A DNA stretch of 27,480 nucleotides from IMG/VR virus record IMGVR_UViG_3300036778_000003, positions 1 to 27,480 of that record; one strand, 5' to 3'. The notes beneath the pieces are model-generated. The model saw only the letters and a program-made list of their open reading frames with translations. It was not told where the DNA came from and searched no databases. The stretch is from a virus. Its lineage: Duplodnaviria > Caudoviricetes. Shown one piece after another: positions 16,363 through 25,111 of this stretch. Every line of letters starts with the position of its first letter. The stretch's first letter is position 1. A program made the translations under genes and the position numbers.

Positions 16363-16813
16363 TGTCGGTCACCTCGTATTTGACGCCATCATACATCTCT
16401 CCACTATCAACCAGCGGCTTGATAGATTCGGTGCGCCTTTTCTTTCTTGTTCGCCGGATATGCAATGTCGCCGGTGATAATGGCGGATCCATGAGCTGTG
16501 AAATCGACTCCTGAACATCACCCTGAATTTGCGCTCCAACCACATCAAGAGCCTGCTCAACAGGAATACCCTTGCTGACCATGCGAATTAGCGTTTCACC
16601 CCATTCTTTCTCATGCTCCGCAATAGCGTTGCCAAAGAATGGTCTGGGCGGTTGGTTATTCTCCGGTTGCCCATACTCATTCCAGGCAGCAATCTGAGCA
16701 ACGGTTTCATCGCTATTCTCATGCACAACGCCACCAATAAAGCCGACCTTGACCTGCTTCGATTCAAGGTCAGCGCCGATTTTGTCCAGATAGTCCTGAA
16801 TTGCATCAGCCAT
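16337..16813 (-). CDS. Neck/tail completion protein (HK97 gp10-like)
   Basis: Start reassigned to MADAIQ (16813). Motifs VKVG, A.IA..NEYG, PPRPFF, PPLSP.T and KPLVDSG.M. Confidence 0.75.
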   Translation of the reverse strand: MADAIQDYLDKIGADLESKQVKVGFIGGVVHENSDETVAQIAAWNEYGQPENNQPPRPFFGNAIAEHEKEWGETLIRMVSKGIPVEQALDVVGAQIQGDVQESISQLMDPPLSPATLHIRRTRKKRRTESIKPLVDSGEMYDGVKYEVTDIESSESGE

Positions 16814-17210
16814 TTGCGTTGCCCGGATAGTAGTTCGCCATGCGATAAACTTTCGTCGCCTGCCAGTAATCCATGCCGTAAGGGCTTTGCGTGTACCATG
16901 CGTAACGAAACTCGACAGGACCGAGATCGGATGACACAGACACGCTACCCTCAGAGGCTGACGAGATGCGCCCCACCATGCCAGAACCACCGTTACCATT
17001 CGCATCACCGAATCGCATATATGCCAAATGCGCCATAAGCAGGTAGAGCAAACGCTCACGCTTAACGGCATTGCATACAAGTGAGTAATTGGTGTTGTTC
17101 AGGTAATCGGTAGCCTGGTCAAACAGGAAGGGGAGTTGCTCGTCAGTGACATTTGAGAATTCAGGAAACATGGCTCGAAACTTTGGAATATCCAGCGTTA
17201 CGATTGCCAT
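16806..17210 (-). CDS. Head-tail adaptor (DUF4054)
   Basis: FRAMFPEF, L.AHL, GRISSASEGSVSVS and QSPYG..YW motifs. Confidence 0.85.
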   Translation of the reverse strand: MAIVTLDIPKFRAMFPEFSNVTDEQLPFLFDQATDYLNNTNYSLVCNAVKRERLLYLLMAHLAYMRFGDANGNGGSGMVGRISSASEGSVSVSSDLGPVEFRYAWYTQSPYGMDYWQATKVYRMANYYPGNANG

Positions 17211-17213
17211 GCC

Positions 17214-17540
17214 TTACTCCTCTTTGTCAGGCTCCACGCCAGCACTTTTAGGGTCGGCTTGCTCAAGTCCTGTTTTCTGCTTTGAACGCTCAAGCGTGGC
17301 GTCAGAGGCCGATTTTTCATCTGTTACAGCAAACACGATGCCGTTTTTGATGAATTTCGAATCCTTGTGAATCTTCTCGAATGCTTCCCATGCTTCAGCA
17401 GGAACGTCACGAGTGATACCGAAGCCGTTAATCAGGGCAGAATCGTTGGCTCCCGCCAGGGTGATTTTCATGTCACCGTGACGGAATGACAGGCCATTTG
17501 GCAGCTTACAGCCGATAACGTAGGTTGAAGATTTAGCCAT
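17214..17540 (-). CDS. Conserved head-module hypothetical protein
   Basis: GCKLPNGL, GFGIT..V....W and TGLE motifs; immediately after the capsid gene. Confidence 0.7.
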   Translation of the reverse strand: MAKSSTYVIGCKLPNGLSFRHGDMKITLAGANDSALINGFGITRDVPAEAWEAFEKIHKDSKFIKNGIVFAVTDEKSASDATLERSKQKTGLEQADPKSAGVEPDKEE

Positions 17541-17543
17541 TGG

Positions 17544-18569
17544 TTAAACTCCCAGCATCTGTGCGAATAAAAACGGCTGAGTAATCACCGCTCCGTAAGT
17601 GGTGCCGGAGTGCTTCTGCTTCCAGCTTGAGGTCATGGTGATTACCGGGTGAGCGCGAAGTTTCTCGCTGTATGCGCAGAATCCAGCATTCTGACCCTGG
17701 GCAGTTTCAACGAACATCTGCACCAATTCACCGGCGTCAGTGCTGTACTGCGCAGCTACCTCGATACGGATATTGGTGAAGGTGTCTTTGACCATTTTCT
17801 CTACGGTGTTACCGAAGACTTCGTTGGCCTTTTTGAACCACACGGAAGATTGAGGAGACATGACGATAACGAGTGGCGATGCCATATCAACGCCATCTCC
17901 CACAGCGCCATTAGTGCGGGTAACCAGGTCTTCGTAAAGGGCAAGAATATCGTTGTAGATATCGATAACCTGCTTATCTTTCCATACAGTAGCGCTTCCC
18001 ACTGTTGCAGGGGTGATCGGCGCAGGTAAATCAGGGTCATTCAACATGCCGTAGTTCATCAGGCCATCTACGCCGTAGAAGTAAAACTTGTTCTGCGCCT
18101 GATTAAGCGTCCACGCGGCGGCGCGTTGTTTCTCTGCTACGTATGGCAGCATCGCCAGGCCGTAACGTTCCTGCTCCAGTTCGCCATAGGTGACCATCGT
18201 CTGGTAGCGATAGACCTGACGATTTTCCCAATGCGAGGTAACCTGGTTAGCCCCTTGCTCGCTGTAGTCGTCATAACCTACAACATCACCGGTCTGCTCG
18301 ATGCGCTGAATCATCATGGTGTCTTGCGCCCATGAACCTTTCTTCTGCTCGCCCAGAATATCTACCGCTTTCTGTTTTGCGAAGATGGTGCGCACAATGG
18401 TCGGATCGATGAATGTGGACACAATTGCCGGGATGCCGCCATTTGGAAGCATGCCTGACTGTGGATCCGCATCCATTGCAAATTTAGTGACCGAAGACGG
18501 CAGGTAGATACCTCGCGATTCGGCTTCCGCTTTAAAGGCCGCGAAATCAGCCTGAGTCAGTTGAGGCAT
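17544..18569 (-). CDS. Major capsid protein (DUF2184 family)
   Basis: Start reassigned to MPQLTQ (18569; TAATG overlap, GGAG SD). KKGSW, YG.LE.ER, N.FYFYGV..L.NYG.LNDP.LP motifs. Confidence 0.88.
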   Translation of the reverse strand: MPQLTQADFAAFKAEAESRGIYLPSSVTKFAMDADPQSGMLPNGGIPAIVSTFIDPTIVRTIFAKQKAVDILGEQKKGSWAQDTMMIQRIEQTGDVVGYDDYSEQGANQVTSHWENRQVYRYQTMVTYGELEQERYGLAMLPYVAEKQRAAAWTLNQAQNKFYFYGVDGLMNYGMLNDPDLPAPITPATVGSATVWKDKQVIDIYNDILALYEDLVTRTNGAVGDGVDMASPLVIVMSPQSSVWFKKANEVFGNTVEKMVKDTFTNIRIEVAAQYSTDAGELVQMFVETAQGQNAGFCAYSEKLRAHPVITMTSSWKQKHSGTTYGAVITQPFLFAQMLGV

Positions 18570-19060
18570 TATGCTTTGCTCCATGAAGAAATAACGATTA
18601 GTGCGGCATTTCCTGCGCTGGCGGTTGTCACAGTCCAGTCAGTCTCAATCATGCCGTCGATTGTCGAGCCAGCAGCCCCTGTCGCAATGGTGCCGTTTGT
18701 TAAATCAGCGAACACTTTTTGCCCTGGTGTTGCGCCGGTATATGGCACAGCCCAGAAATCACCGCCAACCACAGGCGACGCTTCCCGGCCTGCGGGGATT
18801 GTCATGCTGGAACCTTCCAGATAGCCGATCGTGGCATTCGCATTGTTCATCACGAAACCAACTGGCTTGCCAGTGCCTGAGTTGTTCAGCAGCTTAGGGT
18901 TGGTCGCGTCACGCCATGCGAAACGAGCCATGATCAGGCCATTCGCACCGGCCTGAAACGCACCTGGGCCACCTGCCGCTGCAATAATCGGGCTATTGGA
19001 AGCGGGCTGACCCGCCTGACCAACGCCGGAATAAACTGAAACGCTCTTTTGGAAAGACAT
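18569..19060 (-). CDS. Capsid cement/decoration protein
   Basis: 163 aa, Gly/Ala rich; FQ..V, RFAW, GDFW and GQKVFA motifs; between scaffold and capsid genes. Confidence 0.72.
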   Translation of the reverse strand: MSFQKSVSVYSGVGQAGQPASNSPIIAAAGGPGAFQAGANGLIMARFAWRDATNPKLLNNSGTGKPVGFVMNNANATIGYLEGSSMTIPAGREASPVVGGDFWAVPYTGATPGQKVFADLTNGTIATGAAGSTIDGMIETDWTVTTASAGNAALIVISSWSKA

Positions 19061-19062
19061 TG

Positions 19063-20178
19063 TTATTTGCCCTCGAAGAAGTTTTTAACGGTCTCACGAG
19101 AAGACGGGAGGATCGAACTGGAGTCGTTCGCCATTGCCGGTCGTGAGTAAGCCTTGAACACAGATTGAAGCGCCGCCGATGGAAGCGTTGCATGGTCGGC
19201 ATAGCCCATTTGCTTGAGCGCAGTGCGATAAACTTCGTCCGCGCTATCACAAGCGAGCTCTCCGACCACCGGATGCACGTCACGTTCGGCCTGGCGAAGT
19301 GCAGCGAAGCGCTGCTCGACGCCTTTGATTGCTGAGTCCATGGCTAACTTGCTGTCGTTTGCCATTTTCTCTTTTTCAGCTTTCTCTTCTTTCTCTGCCT
19401 CATCCTTAGCCAGTCTGTCTTTCTCTTCCTGTGCTGCCTCATCTTCGGCGAGCTTTTTCTTCTCTTCCTCCGTCAATTCATCCTTGGCGGCTTTCGGGTC
19501 TTTCTCGTCCTCATCTTTGATGAGTTCTTCGACCTTTTTCTCTACTTCTTCTGCCTTCTCATCGTTTGCCAGTAATGGCGTGATGAATGACATCAGTTTT
19601 TTGATTTTTGACATCAGTTTGAGTCCTGTCGGTTGTGAGTCATAAACAAATACATCCGGGCCAGCCCGGCCACTTGGCACGATAGCCACATGGTTACAAA
19701 CGATGTCACGCATAACGCCATCGTATGGTTCTCCCTCAAACTCACCTGGCGTCATATCGAGCCGGTAGCGGTAAGAAGATGAAATTTCGCGCTGCTGCTT
19801 GTTCTCCACGCCGATGATGGAATTCACATCCCAGATAACCAGCGAGTTTTTCAGATAACCGTCTTCGAATACTGCGCTTTCGCCAGTGGCACCGATGATT
19901 GACTCTTTCGGTGGGTCGATGATGGATACAGCAACGTGGGTATTGAGCAGCGGCTTTTTGTTGAAAGTGGCGATAGCTTTTTCAAGCTCTACCGGGTCGC
20001 GCAACAGGCGATAAGCCTTGTCCGGGTCAAGCTCAAGCGATTCCCATTCAGGAATTTCTCGCCCGTAGTAAACGCAGACATTCGCCTTGCTGATGGGGGT
20101 CAGTTCGACGTGCATCATGCCGTCAACGTCATAGCGCCTGACGCTCCCCCTGTCGAATGCGAACCTCACATCTTTCAT
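19063..20178 (-). CDS. Prohead protease/scaffold (DUF2213)
   Basis: ISKANV..Y.G.EIP and NHVAIV..GRAG motifs; charged coiled-coil C-terminal half with recurring A(M/N/K)D motifs. Confidence 0.88.
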   Translation of the reverse strand: MKDVRFAFDRGSVRRYDVDGMMHVELTPISKANVCVYYGREIPEWESLELDPDKAYRLLRDPVELEKAIATFNKKPLLNTHVAVSIIDPPKESIIGATGESAVFEDGYLKNSLVIWDVNSIIGVENKQQREISSSYRYRLDMTPGEFEGEPYDGVMRDIVCNHVAIVPSGRAGPDVFVYDSQPTGLKLMSKIKKLMSFITPLLANDEKAEEVEKKVEELIKDEDEKDPKAAKDELTEEEKKKLAEDEAAQEEKDRLAKDEAEKEEKAEKEKMANDSKLAMDSAIKGVEQRFAALRQAERDVHPVVGELACDSADEVYRTALKQMGYADHATLPSAALQSVFKAYSRPAMANDSSSILPSSRETVKNFFEGK

Positions 20179-20200
20179 ATGGTTTCCTGCTTTCGAAGCA

Positions 20201-20225
20201 ATATAAAAGGCCGCGATTGCGACCT
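20201..20225 (-). terminator. Possible intrinsic terminator between the Mu-F-like and DUF2213 genes
   Basis: Minus strand AGGTCGC-AATC-GCGGCCT followed by TTTATAT. Confidence 0.5.
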
Positions 20226-20242
20226 GTTGGTGTTTTTATCAA

Positions 20243-21043
20243 TTAAAACGGGATCCGGGGCTTCCACGTGCAACCACAATTTATTAGCTCACCCGGCATG
20301 ATGTATTCACCATCAATGAGGCATCCTTTATCGAGCCGAAAAACTCTTCGCTCCCTGCCTGCCTTCACATGGTTGTGCCGTGGCTTGTTGCCGCCTCCGC
20401 TATGCACCCACTCGCCTTCTGTTATGCCGGCGGCCTGTTGCCTGGCTGATGAAAGTGCGCTGGTTGCCTTGCGAGTCTGGTCACGAGAAATCAATTCTGC
20501 GCGCCTGCGCGTGATGCCAAATTGCTTGCCGAACTGCTGTTCGATTTCATCGGCCAGCTGCTTGCGGTCACCACCTTTTGCAATGGATCGGAATACAGAG
20601 GACTCAATCTGCGAGAAGTATTTATCCGGTATCGACCGAATCAGCGACACGTTTTCAGCAATAATCGCCTCGCGCCGCTCAGTCATGGCGGGCGTCCACT
20701 GCATGTTGATGGTCATATCCTGCTTTCGGACTGACGCCTCAAGCGAGCGATCGACAGATGATTGAGTTTTGTCGGTGAACTCTTCGGCGGTGGGGGTGGA
20801 CATATCTTTGAATCGCTTAACCCATTTCAGGGAAAGCGACACCATAAGCCCACGTAGCGCCTGCACCGGGTTGGCATCCATTGCCATTGGACTTGCTTCC
20901 AGCGTGACCAGAACCTTGCCTTTCACGTCACGGCACATCTCACGAATAAGCATCTTCATCTGGTGCTGATACCAGAGTTTGTCACCGGCGTTGTACTTAA
21001 CCGGTGACAGAGTCCTGCTCTTCTTCGTCTTCTTCTGGCTCAT
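20243..21043 (-). CDS. Head morphogenesis protein (Mu gpF/SPP1 gp7-like)
   Basis: ENVSLI.SIP, RA.LI.RDQ..K and PGELINC.C motifs; start uncertain (21043 or upstream). Confidence 0.88.
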   Translation of the reverse strand: MSQKKTKKSRTLSPVKYNAGDKLWYQHQMKMLIREMCRDVKGKVLVTLEASPMAMDANPVQALRGLMVSLSLKWVKRFKDMSTPTAEEFTDKTQSSVDRSLEASVRKQDMTINMQWTPAMTERREAIIAENVSLIRSIPDKYFSQIESSVFRSIAKGGDRKQLADEIEQQFGKQFGITRRRAELISRDQTRKATSALSSARQQAAGITEGEWVHSGGGNKPRHNHVKAGRERRVFRLDKGCLIDGEYIMPGELINCGCTWKPRIPF

Positions 21044-22421
21044 AGTCACCATCCAAACCTTCAAAACCAGCGCCTTCGATGGCCTTCAGGGCATCTCGGG
21101 CTTCTTCTGTGCTGATGAGCATACTGTCAGCAGCTGTCGTGATGGTTTCCACGCGGGTCTTATTCGTTGCCGCACGACCAGCGTCGCTCACCTCATCTAA
21201 CGGACGGAATTCAAAGAAGAGATCGGGTTTAATCTCGCCAAACTCCGAGAGCTGAATCACTTTGAAGATGTTCTCAATGGCACGTCGATAGTCCAGTTCC
21301 TGAGAGCCGGATATCGTTTCGTGCCACGTCTCAATCTCCGCATCACCGCTTGCATTGAGTCCGGCGGGTGCGTTACCAAACATCTTGAGGTTTGTTGTGC
21401 GTGACGGGATGCAGAGCTGTTCCTGATAATTCGAAAGAATGTTCGACAGTTCGCTGAGAGACGTCTGCTGATGAAGCAGGTCCTCTTCGTTATCGATGGC
21501 CCAAATACCAAAGTTATCCTGGTACTGGGTAAACAGCTTAATGCGCTTATCGAACTGCCCGGGTTCCTGAAGGCGCGCATCCATGTCAGTTTTAAGCGCC
21601 CGCATACGCAGCGTGCGCAGGATCTTTATTACGTTCTTCTTGGCATCACGCCAGTCAACAACGTAATCCTCCATCAACTGCGTAAGCGACAGGCCGCCGA
21701 AGTTATATGACGGCTTGAGGATGTCCGGGACAGGTCGGGACACGATGTCAATGAAGCGGGACTCATGCACCGTGTCACCCATTACAAACCATGCCTGAGG
21801 CTTGTAGAAGTCGGCTCGAAGCGGCTTGTTGGTGTTGTACATTGCCGGATAAACCCAGTTTGGATCAACGCACCGGAAGCCTTTAAGCGATCCTTTGGTT
21901 ATTTTGCGCGGGTCGAGGAAAAGCGGCTTGGTGTTCTCAATGTCATCTGCGCCAACATCAATAAAGATGTGGGCCACGCCGTACTCTGAATCCTGCCTGA
22001 CAGCCTCATGGATAAGCCGTTTGACGTCGTATTTGGTCAGCGCCTGGTCCATCAATTTGATATCAGGATCGCCCTCCTTGGTGCTTTTAACCTCGATCCA
22101 GTTGCGGGTCATCTCATCAGCCATGATCGTATGCATGTTCGCATACTCAACCTGCTGGGACATTGCGGCAAGAATGGGATAGCCACGAAAGCCGGAGTAT
22201 TCACCACCGATCGACATTGTGTTAATCGCATCGTACGGTGTGGAATCCATCGCCAGTGCAGCTTCTTTTTTATCTTCAGGAATGACACCTGGTAACGGTT
22301 TGTAGGGCTTAAATTCAGAGCGTGGTCTTTCATCATTTGCAACGGTCGCATTGTCGATGTGCGATTGCGTAATCTTCGCCACCTCCCGGCGTACAGGCTG
22401 AGCAGCTTTACGTCTGGTCAT
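20997..22421 (-). CDS. Portal protein (DUF1073)
   Basis: 474 aa, directly after terL; F.GYP.LA, VH.SR, Y.FGG.S and P.GLNASG motifs. Confidence 0.88.
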   Translation of the reverse strand: MTRRKAAQPVRREVAKITQSHIDNATVANDERPRSEFKPYKPLPGVIPEDKKEAALAMDSTPYDAINTMSIGGEYSGFRGYPILAAMSQQVEYANMHTIMADEMTRNWIEVKSTKEGDPDIKLMDQALTKYDVKRLIHEAVRQDSEYGVAHIFIDVGADDIENTKPLFLDPRKITKGSLKGFRCVDPNWVYPAMYNTNKPLRADFYKPQAWFVMGDTVHESRFIDIVSRPVPDILKPSYNFGGLSLTQLMEDYVVDWRDAKKNVIKILRTLRMRALKTDMDARLQEPGQFDKRIKLFTQYQDNFGIWAIDNEEDLLHQQTSLSELSNILSNYQEQLCIPSRTTNLKMFGNAPAGLNASGDAEIETWHETISGSQELDYRRAIENIFKVIQLSEFGEIKPDLFFEFRPLDEVSDAGRAATNKTRVETITTAADSMLISTEEARDALKAIEGAGFEGLDGDYEPEEDEEEQDSVTG

Positions 22422-23938
22422 TGAAGTATCTCGTCAGGAATAGTAAACAGAACGCCGGCCTTCGCTTTCATTTCGGTGATGGCATCCATCATGGGATCAA
22501 GCTGATCGTCGTGCGTGTTGAACTCTGGATTAATGGCTTCCATCTCGACGAGGAAATCATTAATGAATGGCTTATCTGCTGGAAGCTTGATGTACCCGGA
22601 TTCAATGAATCCCTGTGTGTCCATCAGGCGGGTGTATTTGTCCTTGTCGCGCTGAATGGCCCTTACCGGGCATAGCGCATCTTTGCGGATGCTCTGGATC
22701 AGTCCGGTGCCAGAGGCTTTATCTTCGATAGCCATGTGCCGGAGCGGCCCGTTTTTGAGTTGCTTGCAGGATCGCCAGAATGCAATGGCGCGACGCTTAA
22801 GTTCATCTGCTTCCCACTTACCGCGAATCATGTCGATCAGGTACATGTAGCCATCAGCGCCCAATCCCCAATGCTCGAACACAGAGAAGTCGTTAACCTC
22901 TTTTGTTTTTTGGGCGGTATCACCGTAGACAGCTCGCCACTTCATCACGGGAAGCTCCCGGTATTCACCGAACCACTCAGATTTAATCAGGCCGCCGCCT
23001 TTCGCAGTTGGTCGCTGTTGGTACAGGGCATTCCAGACGAGTGACCCGCGCTGCTTGGCTTTGTCGACGAACTCCTGCGGCATCCGCTCAGGAAACAGGA
23101 TTTCACCGGGCTTGCGCAACAGATAGGTCTTGCCATTAAGCTCATGCACCTCTTCTTTCTCAGCCTCCATTGGAAAACTGACCACGCGCCACTGTTCACC
23201 ACCTTCTTCCGCCTTTTTCAGCAACTGTCCAGCCAGGTCATTCTGATGCCAGCGAGTAAGGATAATGATGATGCCGTTTATCTTCGGATCGGCGCGCGTG
23301 AAGAATGTAGTGTCGTACCAGTCAATCACCGCCTCCTGGTATGTTGGCGACGATGCTGTCTTGTAATCTTTTGCGGGGTCATCAATGATGCCGATATTCA
23401 TCCCCTGCCCGGTGATGCCACCGTTAACACCTGCGGCACGGTAAGAACCGCCATGAATAGCACTGCGACCATCGACCACTTCCCATAGTTCAGCAGTGCG
23501 TATAGCACCGCCAGCGCTGGTTCTGCCTGATGGCAGTGCGGTATCAGGGAATACATCCGAATATTTCTTTGAACCAACGATGCGCTGAGTGTCACGCGAC
23601 ATACGGTTTGCCAGGTCAGAGGAGTACGAGCATGCGATCACATTCCAGTTAGGGTGTTTGCCGAGTACATATGCAGGGAATCGCCGAGAAGCCTTTTCGC
23701 TTTTTCCAGAGCGTGGTGGTGCGAATATCATAAGGCGGGGCATCTTCCCGGCTTCGACATCAGCCAGGAACTGGTCAAGCTCAGCTGATAGCAACTCGTT
23801 AAACCAGCCTGTCTCATACAGAGGGTTGGTGTATAGAGTGAAACCCATCAGGGATTCTCTGGCTTCTGCTATCGCCCTTCGCTTGAATGCCTCAAGAGTC
23901 TGCCTGTTTCTCATCGAGCTGTGATCGGTGACGGCCAT
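22418..23938 (-). CDS. terL: Terminase large subunit
   Basis: Walker A APPRSGKS, Walker B IIDDP, TRWH, YQQ.P and nuclease HDDQ.D motifs. ATG 23938 has a TAAGGAG SD. Confidence 0.95.
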   Translation of the reverse strand: MAVTDHSSMRNRQTLEAFKRRAIAEARESLMGFTLYTNPLYETGWFNELLSAELDQFLADVEAGKMPRLMIFAPPRSGKSEKASRRFPAYVLGKHPNWNVIACSYSSDLANRMSRDTQRIVGSKKYSDVFPDTALPSGRTSAGGAIRTAELWEVVDGRSAIHGGSYRAAGVNGGITGQGMNIGIIDDPAKDYKTASSPTYQEAVIDWYDTTFFTRADPKINGIIIILTRWHQNDLAGQLLKKAEEGGEQWRVVSFPMEAEKEEVHELNGKTYLLRKPGEILFPERMPQEFVDKAKQRGSLVWNALYQQRPTAKGGGLIKSEWFGEYRELPVMKWRAVYGDTAQKTKEVNDFSVFEHWGLGADGYMYLIDMIRGKWEADELKRRAIAFWRSCKQLKNGPLRHMAIEDKASGTGLIQSIRKDALCPVRAIQRDKDKYTRLMDTQGFIESGYIKLPADKPFINDFLVEMEAINPEFNTHDDQLDPMMDAITEMKAKAGVLFTIPDEILQ

Positions 23939-24545
23939 GACCAAGCTCCTTAAGGCGATCTGCTAATTCTTCAGTTGAGATGTCTGTGTATTCTATTGGG
24001 CCGCCGTTTGGACCGGACATTTCTGTTTTCTTCGGTGCGTCCCACCCCTGCAACTCAGCGAGCTGCTTAATGGCTGCTTTCGGGTCATGCATTTTTATTT
24101 TCAAACCCTGCGGCCCGGCGGTGAGCTCGGCGATTGCGGTCAGCGCTTCAGGGGTGATGAGTGCGGAATCCTTGAAGCTCCATGATGCCTGCACTATTGG
24201 ATTGCCTTCTTCATCCTCACCGATAACCCCATTGCGGAATTCTGCCAGGTCGTAGAGCGACGTTCGCCCAAGCGAAGTCAGCCGTCTCAGAGCTTCTTCG
24301 CGTCCCATGATCGCCTCGTCGACGACCTCACCCTGCACCGACTTGAGGAACGCCACGACGTTAACATTTGCATACATCCGCGACGCAGCTGCACGCATAG
24401 CATCGCCTTTTGCTTTACCTTTGGCGGCCTTGTATGCGTCGGTCTGATTCTTGCCTTTGACGATAGCGAGAGAGAATTTTTGTTGAAGCGGAGTCAGCGC
24501 ATCGAAAAGTTGCTGCTGCTCTGCCGTGAGCTTTTTCGATGCCAT
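23892..24545 (-). CDS. terS: Terminase small subunit
   Basis: N-terminal HTH (N.T.AY..A...AASR), KIKMHD...A...L and E.SGPNGGPI motifs; overlaps terL. Confidence 0.88.
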   Translation of the reverse strand: MASKKLTAEQQQLFDALTPLQQKFSLAIVKGKNQTDAYKAAKGKAKGDAMRAAASRMYANVNVVAFLKSVQGEVVDEAIMGREEALRRLTSLGRTSLYDLAEFRNGVIGEDEEGNPIVQASWSFKDSALITPEALTAIAELTAGPQGLKIKMHDPKAAIKQLAELQGWDAPKKTEMSGPNGGPIEYTDISTEELADRLKELGHGRHRSQLDEKQADS

Positions 24546-24557
24546 GGTTAACTCCGG

Positions 24558-24749
24558 TTATTCTGTGATTGGCTTTATCGTTATCTGAGAAACACGGGAG
24601 CGATCGAACATCTGCACGCCATCCTCTAAAGAAAGCTCAACAAAACCATCACCATTGTTTAAGACAGGCTCACGCCATGTAATGTATTTATTCGAAACAC
24701 CTAACCCATCGACGGATAACTGAACTTCGTAGTGCTTAATAATTTCCAT
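24558..24749 (-). CDS. Hypothetical 63-aa protein
   Basis: Probable start MEIIK (ATG 24749, AGGA SD); fills the gap before terS. Confidence 0.6.
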   Translation of the reverse strand: MEIIKHYEVQLSVDGLGVSNKYITWREPVLNNGDGFVELSLEDGVQMFDRSRVSQITIKPITE

Positions 24750-24770
24750 AACCAATATCCTGGCTGTTGT

Positions 24771-24811
24771 GACATTATCGAAGCCCCCCAAAGAAGAGCT
24801 TCTGTAATGCC
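24771..24811 (-). other. Long intergenic RNA hairpin with 2x2 internal loop
   Basis: GGCATTA-CA-GAAGCTCTTC-TTT-GGGGGGCTTC-GA-TAATGTC; folds with G-U pairs on the minus strand; no U tract. Confidence 0.6.
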
Positions 24812-24826
24812 GGGCTACACTCTGAA

Positions 24827-25102
24827 TCAGAGCACAACCCCGTCGGGATTGTAGGTGAGCAGATAATCAACGAAAGCATCCGTTCGTTCCCACCGCAATT
24901 CATCACACACGTAGATGGCGTCGCAGTGGCGCAACAGCGTGAAGGCAATTTCCGGGTAGCTGTCATCGTCAAAACCGACAGGAATAAGCGCCAGACTCAC
25001 AACCACATGTCCCTCTTCTTCAAGCTTTGCGGTCACAGTTTTGATTTGCTCTTCAACTTCGGCAGTGCGTCCGGACGTTGGTGCGTCGATAAATACTTTC
25101 AT
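24827..25102 (-). CDS. Degenerate DUF4406-like protein (nucleoside deoxyribosyltransferase-like fold)
   Basis: MKVFI..P.SG, L..EGHVV...A..P.G.....Y..I...LL..CDAIY match the family pattern; C-terminus diverged. Confidence 0.65.
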   Translation of the reverse strand: MKVFIDAPTSGRTAEVEEQIKTVTAKLEEEGHVVVSLALIPVGFDDDSYPEIAFTLLRHCDAIYVCDELRWERTDAFVDYLLTYNPDGVVL

Positions 25103-25111
25103 GGTGATCCC

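Noticed and set aside
16814-17080. N-terminal extensions called by the ORF track (also 6135-6236, 9406-9423, 18570-18584, 27221-27238)
   Set aside because: Most overlap upstream genes; downstream ATGs have better SD sites or stop-start coupling and match family N-termini.
19325-19560. Low-complexity Glu/Lys-rich repeats
   Set aside because: Ordinary coiled-coil scaffold region of the DUF2213 protein.
20997-22421. DUF1073 protein as an anti-CBASS (Acb1) nuclease, a label some pipelines give this family
   Set aside because: Size and position between terL and the Mu-F-like gene indicate portal; I see no extra phosphodiesterase domain.
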